Assembly: GCA_050015855.1 (NCBI GenBank) | Contig: JBEKAO010000001.1 | Location: forward strand, 19,391-83,390 | Source of the DNA: Opitutaceae bacterium | GTDB lineage: Bacteria > Verrucomicrobiota > Verrucomicrobiia > Opitutales > Opitutaceae | Length of the DNA stretch: 64,000 bases | Reading direction: 5' to 3' | Notes under the pieces: generated by a model | Databases searched by the model: none | What the model was told of the DNA's origin: nothing | What the model saw: only the letters and a program-made list of their open reading frames with translations | Translations under genes and position numbers: made by a program | Shown: positions 62,250-64,000 of the stretch, piece by piece | Position numbering within the stretch: position 1 is the first letter of the stretch | Layout of the letters: each line of letters starts with the position of its first letter

Positions 62250-64000
62250 TCACCGGCGCCCGGGCAGCGCGAACGACAGAATGTCCCCGCCGGAGGCGAT
62301 GGCGACGTACTGCCGGCCTTCGATGGCGTAGGTCATCGGGGAGGCCTTGATCGGGTGGTTTGTCTCAAAATGCCAGAGATGCCCGCCCGTCCGGGCGTCG
62401 GCTGCGGCAATTCCTCCGCTGCTCTCGCCGAAGAAGACGAGCCCGCCGGCGGTGGACATCACGCCCGAGTAGTTGGTTTGGGCCGAACCGGGCAGATCCA
62501 TCTGCCATGCCACCTTCCCGGTTTGGATGTCGAAGGCGCGAAGGAGCTTGCGCGGCGGATCGGCGGGGTTCGAGTAGCTGCCGTAGCCGCCCTCCCAGGC
62601 CTTGCGGTAAACCGTGTAGTCCTCGACCGTCATGACGTAATACAGACCGGTGTCGGGGTCGAAGGCGGTGGAATACCAGTTTGTCGCGCCCCGTACCGCC
62701 GGGGCGGTGACGACCCCCTGGGTGTCGGTCTCGTTGTTGGGCAAAAGCTGCGGGGTCCAATCCCGCGGATTGATGCCGCTCGCCCAAGTCAGCTTGTCCA
62801 CCATCCGGCTGGCCAGGACGGGCTTTCCGGTCTCCCGGTCGAGAATGTAGAAAAAGCCATTGCGATTGGCATGGAACAGGAGCTTGCGGTCCCGCCCCCG
62901 CCACTTCACGTCGGCGAGGACGATCGGCTCGTTGGCGTCCCAATCGTGGAGATCGTGCGGGGTAAACTGATAGTACCACAGCATCCGGCCCGTCTTCAAA
63001 TCGATGGCCAGGTCGCAGTCGGTGAACAAATTGCTGCCCAGGCGCTCGTCGCCGTCGGTGTCGGGGTGCGGATTGCCGACGGCCCAATAGAGAACGTCGG
63101 AATCCGGGTCCACGCTGCCGGTGAGCCAGGTGGCGCCGCCGCCCTCCTGGAGCGCCGTGCCCTTCCAGGTGTCGGAGCCGGGCCCGGGTTCTCCATACTG
63201 CGGTATGGTCCAAAGCCTCCAGACCAGCTCCCCGTTCGTCGGATCATGGGCTGCGACAAATCCGCGTATCCCGTTGTCGCCGCCGCTTACCCCGCTGACC
63301 ACAAGGCCGTCCGCGACCAGCGGCGCGGCCGTGGCGCCGTAATTGCCGGGTGCGCCCGGCGGCGGCGTGACGACGTCCCAAAGCAGGGCCCCCGTCAGGC
63401 GATCCAGCGCGATCAAATGGGCGTTGTCGGTTTGATAGAAGACGCGGTCTCCCAGAACCGCGACACCGCGGTTGACGCCGACCGCCGCGTCGCCGGGGAT
63501 CGTCGAGGCGGGGCTTCTCGGCCGCTGGTATCGCCAGATCTCCCGGCCGGTCTTCCCGCTCAGGGCATAGACCTGGTTGTTTCCCGTCGCATACATGACC
63601 CCGTCGATCACGACCGGCGTCGTCTCCAGGCTGCCAAAGGGAATCGTGTAGAGCCATTGCAGCTGCAGGCCCGAAACGTTTGACCGGTTGACCTGGTCGA
63701 GAACGCTGTGCCGATTCCCGTCCAACGTGCCGTTGTAGGTCGGCCAGTCCCCTCGTTTCGGGTGCTTGACCGCGGCGATGTCCGATTCCCGGACGGGCGC
63801 CTGCGGAGCCGTCAAGGGCCCCGTCCCGACGCCGACCAGGCGGCTTAGAAAGGCGAGCAGGTCGCGCCGCTCGGCATCGGTCCCCGGAAAGGCGGGCATG
63901 GCCGCCCGGGGATCCGGGGTGACAGACCGGTATTCGCCATCGCCAAGCAGGCGCAGTTTGCCGTCGCTTGTCTGAAGGACCAGGTCGTGGTTGCCCTGCG
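62250..64000 (-). CDS. PQQ-dependent (quinoprotein) dehydrogenase, 8-bladed propeller, fused to an N-terminal cytochrome-c-like domain; the 5' end lies outside the window
   Basis: Track ORF 62250-63899. The frame stays open upstream to the window end (…QGNHDLVLQTSDGKLRLLGDGEYRSVTPDPRAAMPAF..TDAERRDLLAFLSRL), which looks like the end of a c-type cytochrome domain. The propeller start is DWPTYNGTLDGNRHS.LDQVN..NV..LQLQW, followed by repeated W-motifs. Confidence 0.85.
   Translation of the reverse strand, partial: QGNHDLVLQTSDGKLRLLGDGEYRSVTPDPRAAMPAFPGTDAERRDLLAFLSRLVGVGTGPLTAPQAPVRESDIAAVKHPKRGDWPTYNGTLDGNRHSVLDQVNRSNVSGLQLQWLYTIPFGSLETTPVVIDGVMYATGNNQVYALSGKTGREIWRYQRPRSPASTIPGDAAVGVNRGVAVLGDRVFYQTDNAHLIALDRLTGALLWDVVTPPPGAPGNYGATAAPLVADGLVVSGVSGGDNGIRGFVAAHDPTNGELVWRLWTIPQYGEPGPGSDTWKGTALQEGGGATWLTGSVDPDSDVLYWAVGNPHPDTDGDERLGSNLFTDCDLAIDLKTGRMLWYYQFTPHDLHDWDANEPIVLADVKWRGRDRKLLFHANRNGFFYILDRETGKPVLASRMVDKLTWASGINPRDWTPQLLPNNETDTQGVVTAPAVRGATNWYSTAFDPDTGLYYVMTVEDYTVYRKAWEGGYGSYSNPADPPRKLLRAFDIQTGKVAWQMDLPGSAQTNYSGVMSTAGGLVFFGESSGGIAAADARTGGHLWHFETNHPIKASPMTYAIEGRQYVAIASGGDILSFALPGRR

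Overview
High-GC bacterial chromosomal segment (about two-thirds G+C by eye; no exact computation was possible). I call about 55 protein genes, one frame-disrupted gene and one tRNA-Leu(CAG). No rRNA, CRISPR array, cas gene, integrase or transposase was seen. The gene content suggests a saccharolytic, fermentative, diderm bacterium, possibly of PVC/Verrucomicrobia type. That placement rests on PmoA-family/DUF6807, DUF481, DUF3016, YfhO-like and RRM-type RNA-binding proteins and a TPR-PMT-like membrane protein; it is inference only and needs a database search.

Main modules, left to right:
- glpD (partial) and a TPR/PMT-like membrane protein
- secreted prolyl oligopeptidase and a GH2 glycosidase
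- ppk2
- TetR plus an EmrA/EmrB-like efflux pair whose adaptor gene is frame-disrupted
- a four-gene operon of long acyl-CoA dehydrogenase, FixC/FixX-like ETF oxidoreductase and divergent EtfB/EtfA
- phosphoketolase plus acetate kinase
- RRM protein 1, a TonB-C protein and a rhomboid protease
- araB-araA-araD
- an S1C protease
- a SIS protein and a BadF-type sugar kinase
- DUF481, a methyltransferase, a PmoA-family protein, an NDT-like gene with upp, malQ and DUF3016
- RRM protein 2, UDG, FKBP and MarC
- a trimeric [FeFe]-hydrogenase (hydC-hydB-hydA) followed directly by a TonB-dependent receptor and an EamA transporter
- GT26, dus, tRNA-Leu and a YfhO-like protein
- a lower-GC stretch with hypothetical secreted proteins, ArsR plus SRPBCC, and a transglutaminase-like protein
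- PqiA, an alpha/beta hydrolase, a Tat-exported enolase-superfamily dehydratase and a cytochrome-c/PQQ dehydrogenase (partial)

Observations most worth follow-up:
1. A conserved ~125-nt leader is shared by the two RRM-protein genes. In both copies a helix can sequester the nucleotides just 5' of the start codon.
2. An 18-nt-period CTGTCCC repeat family occurs at three loci. One copy is in frame inside the kinase gene; the other two lie 5' of malQ and of the UDG gene.
3. A MITE-like element has 28-bp terminal inverted repeats and a 10-bp flanking duplication.
4. The HydB subunit lacks the accessory Fe-S domains, and the hydrogenase operon is fused to outer-membrane and inner-membrane transporter genes.
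5. The HlyD-type adaptor gene carries an internal deletion and frameshift.
6. A G13 homopolymer lies upstream of the SIS/kinase pair.

I see no clear-cut new multi-gene defence or mobile system in this window.
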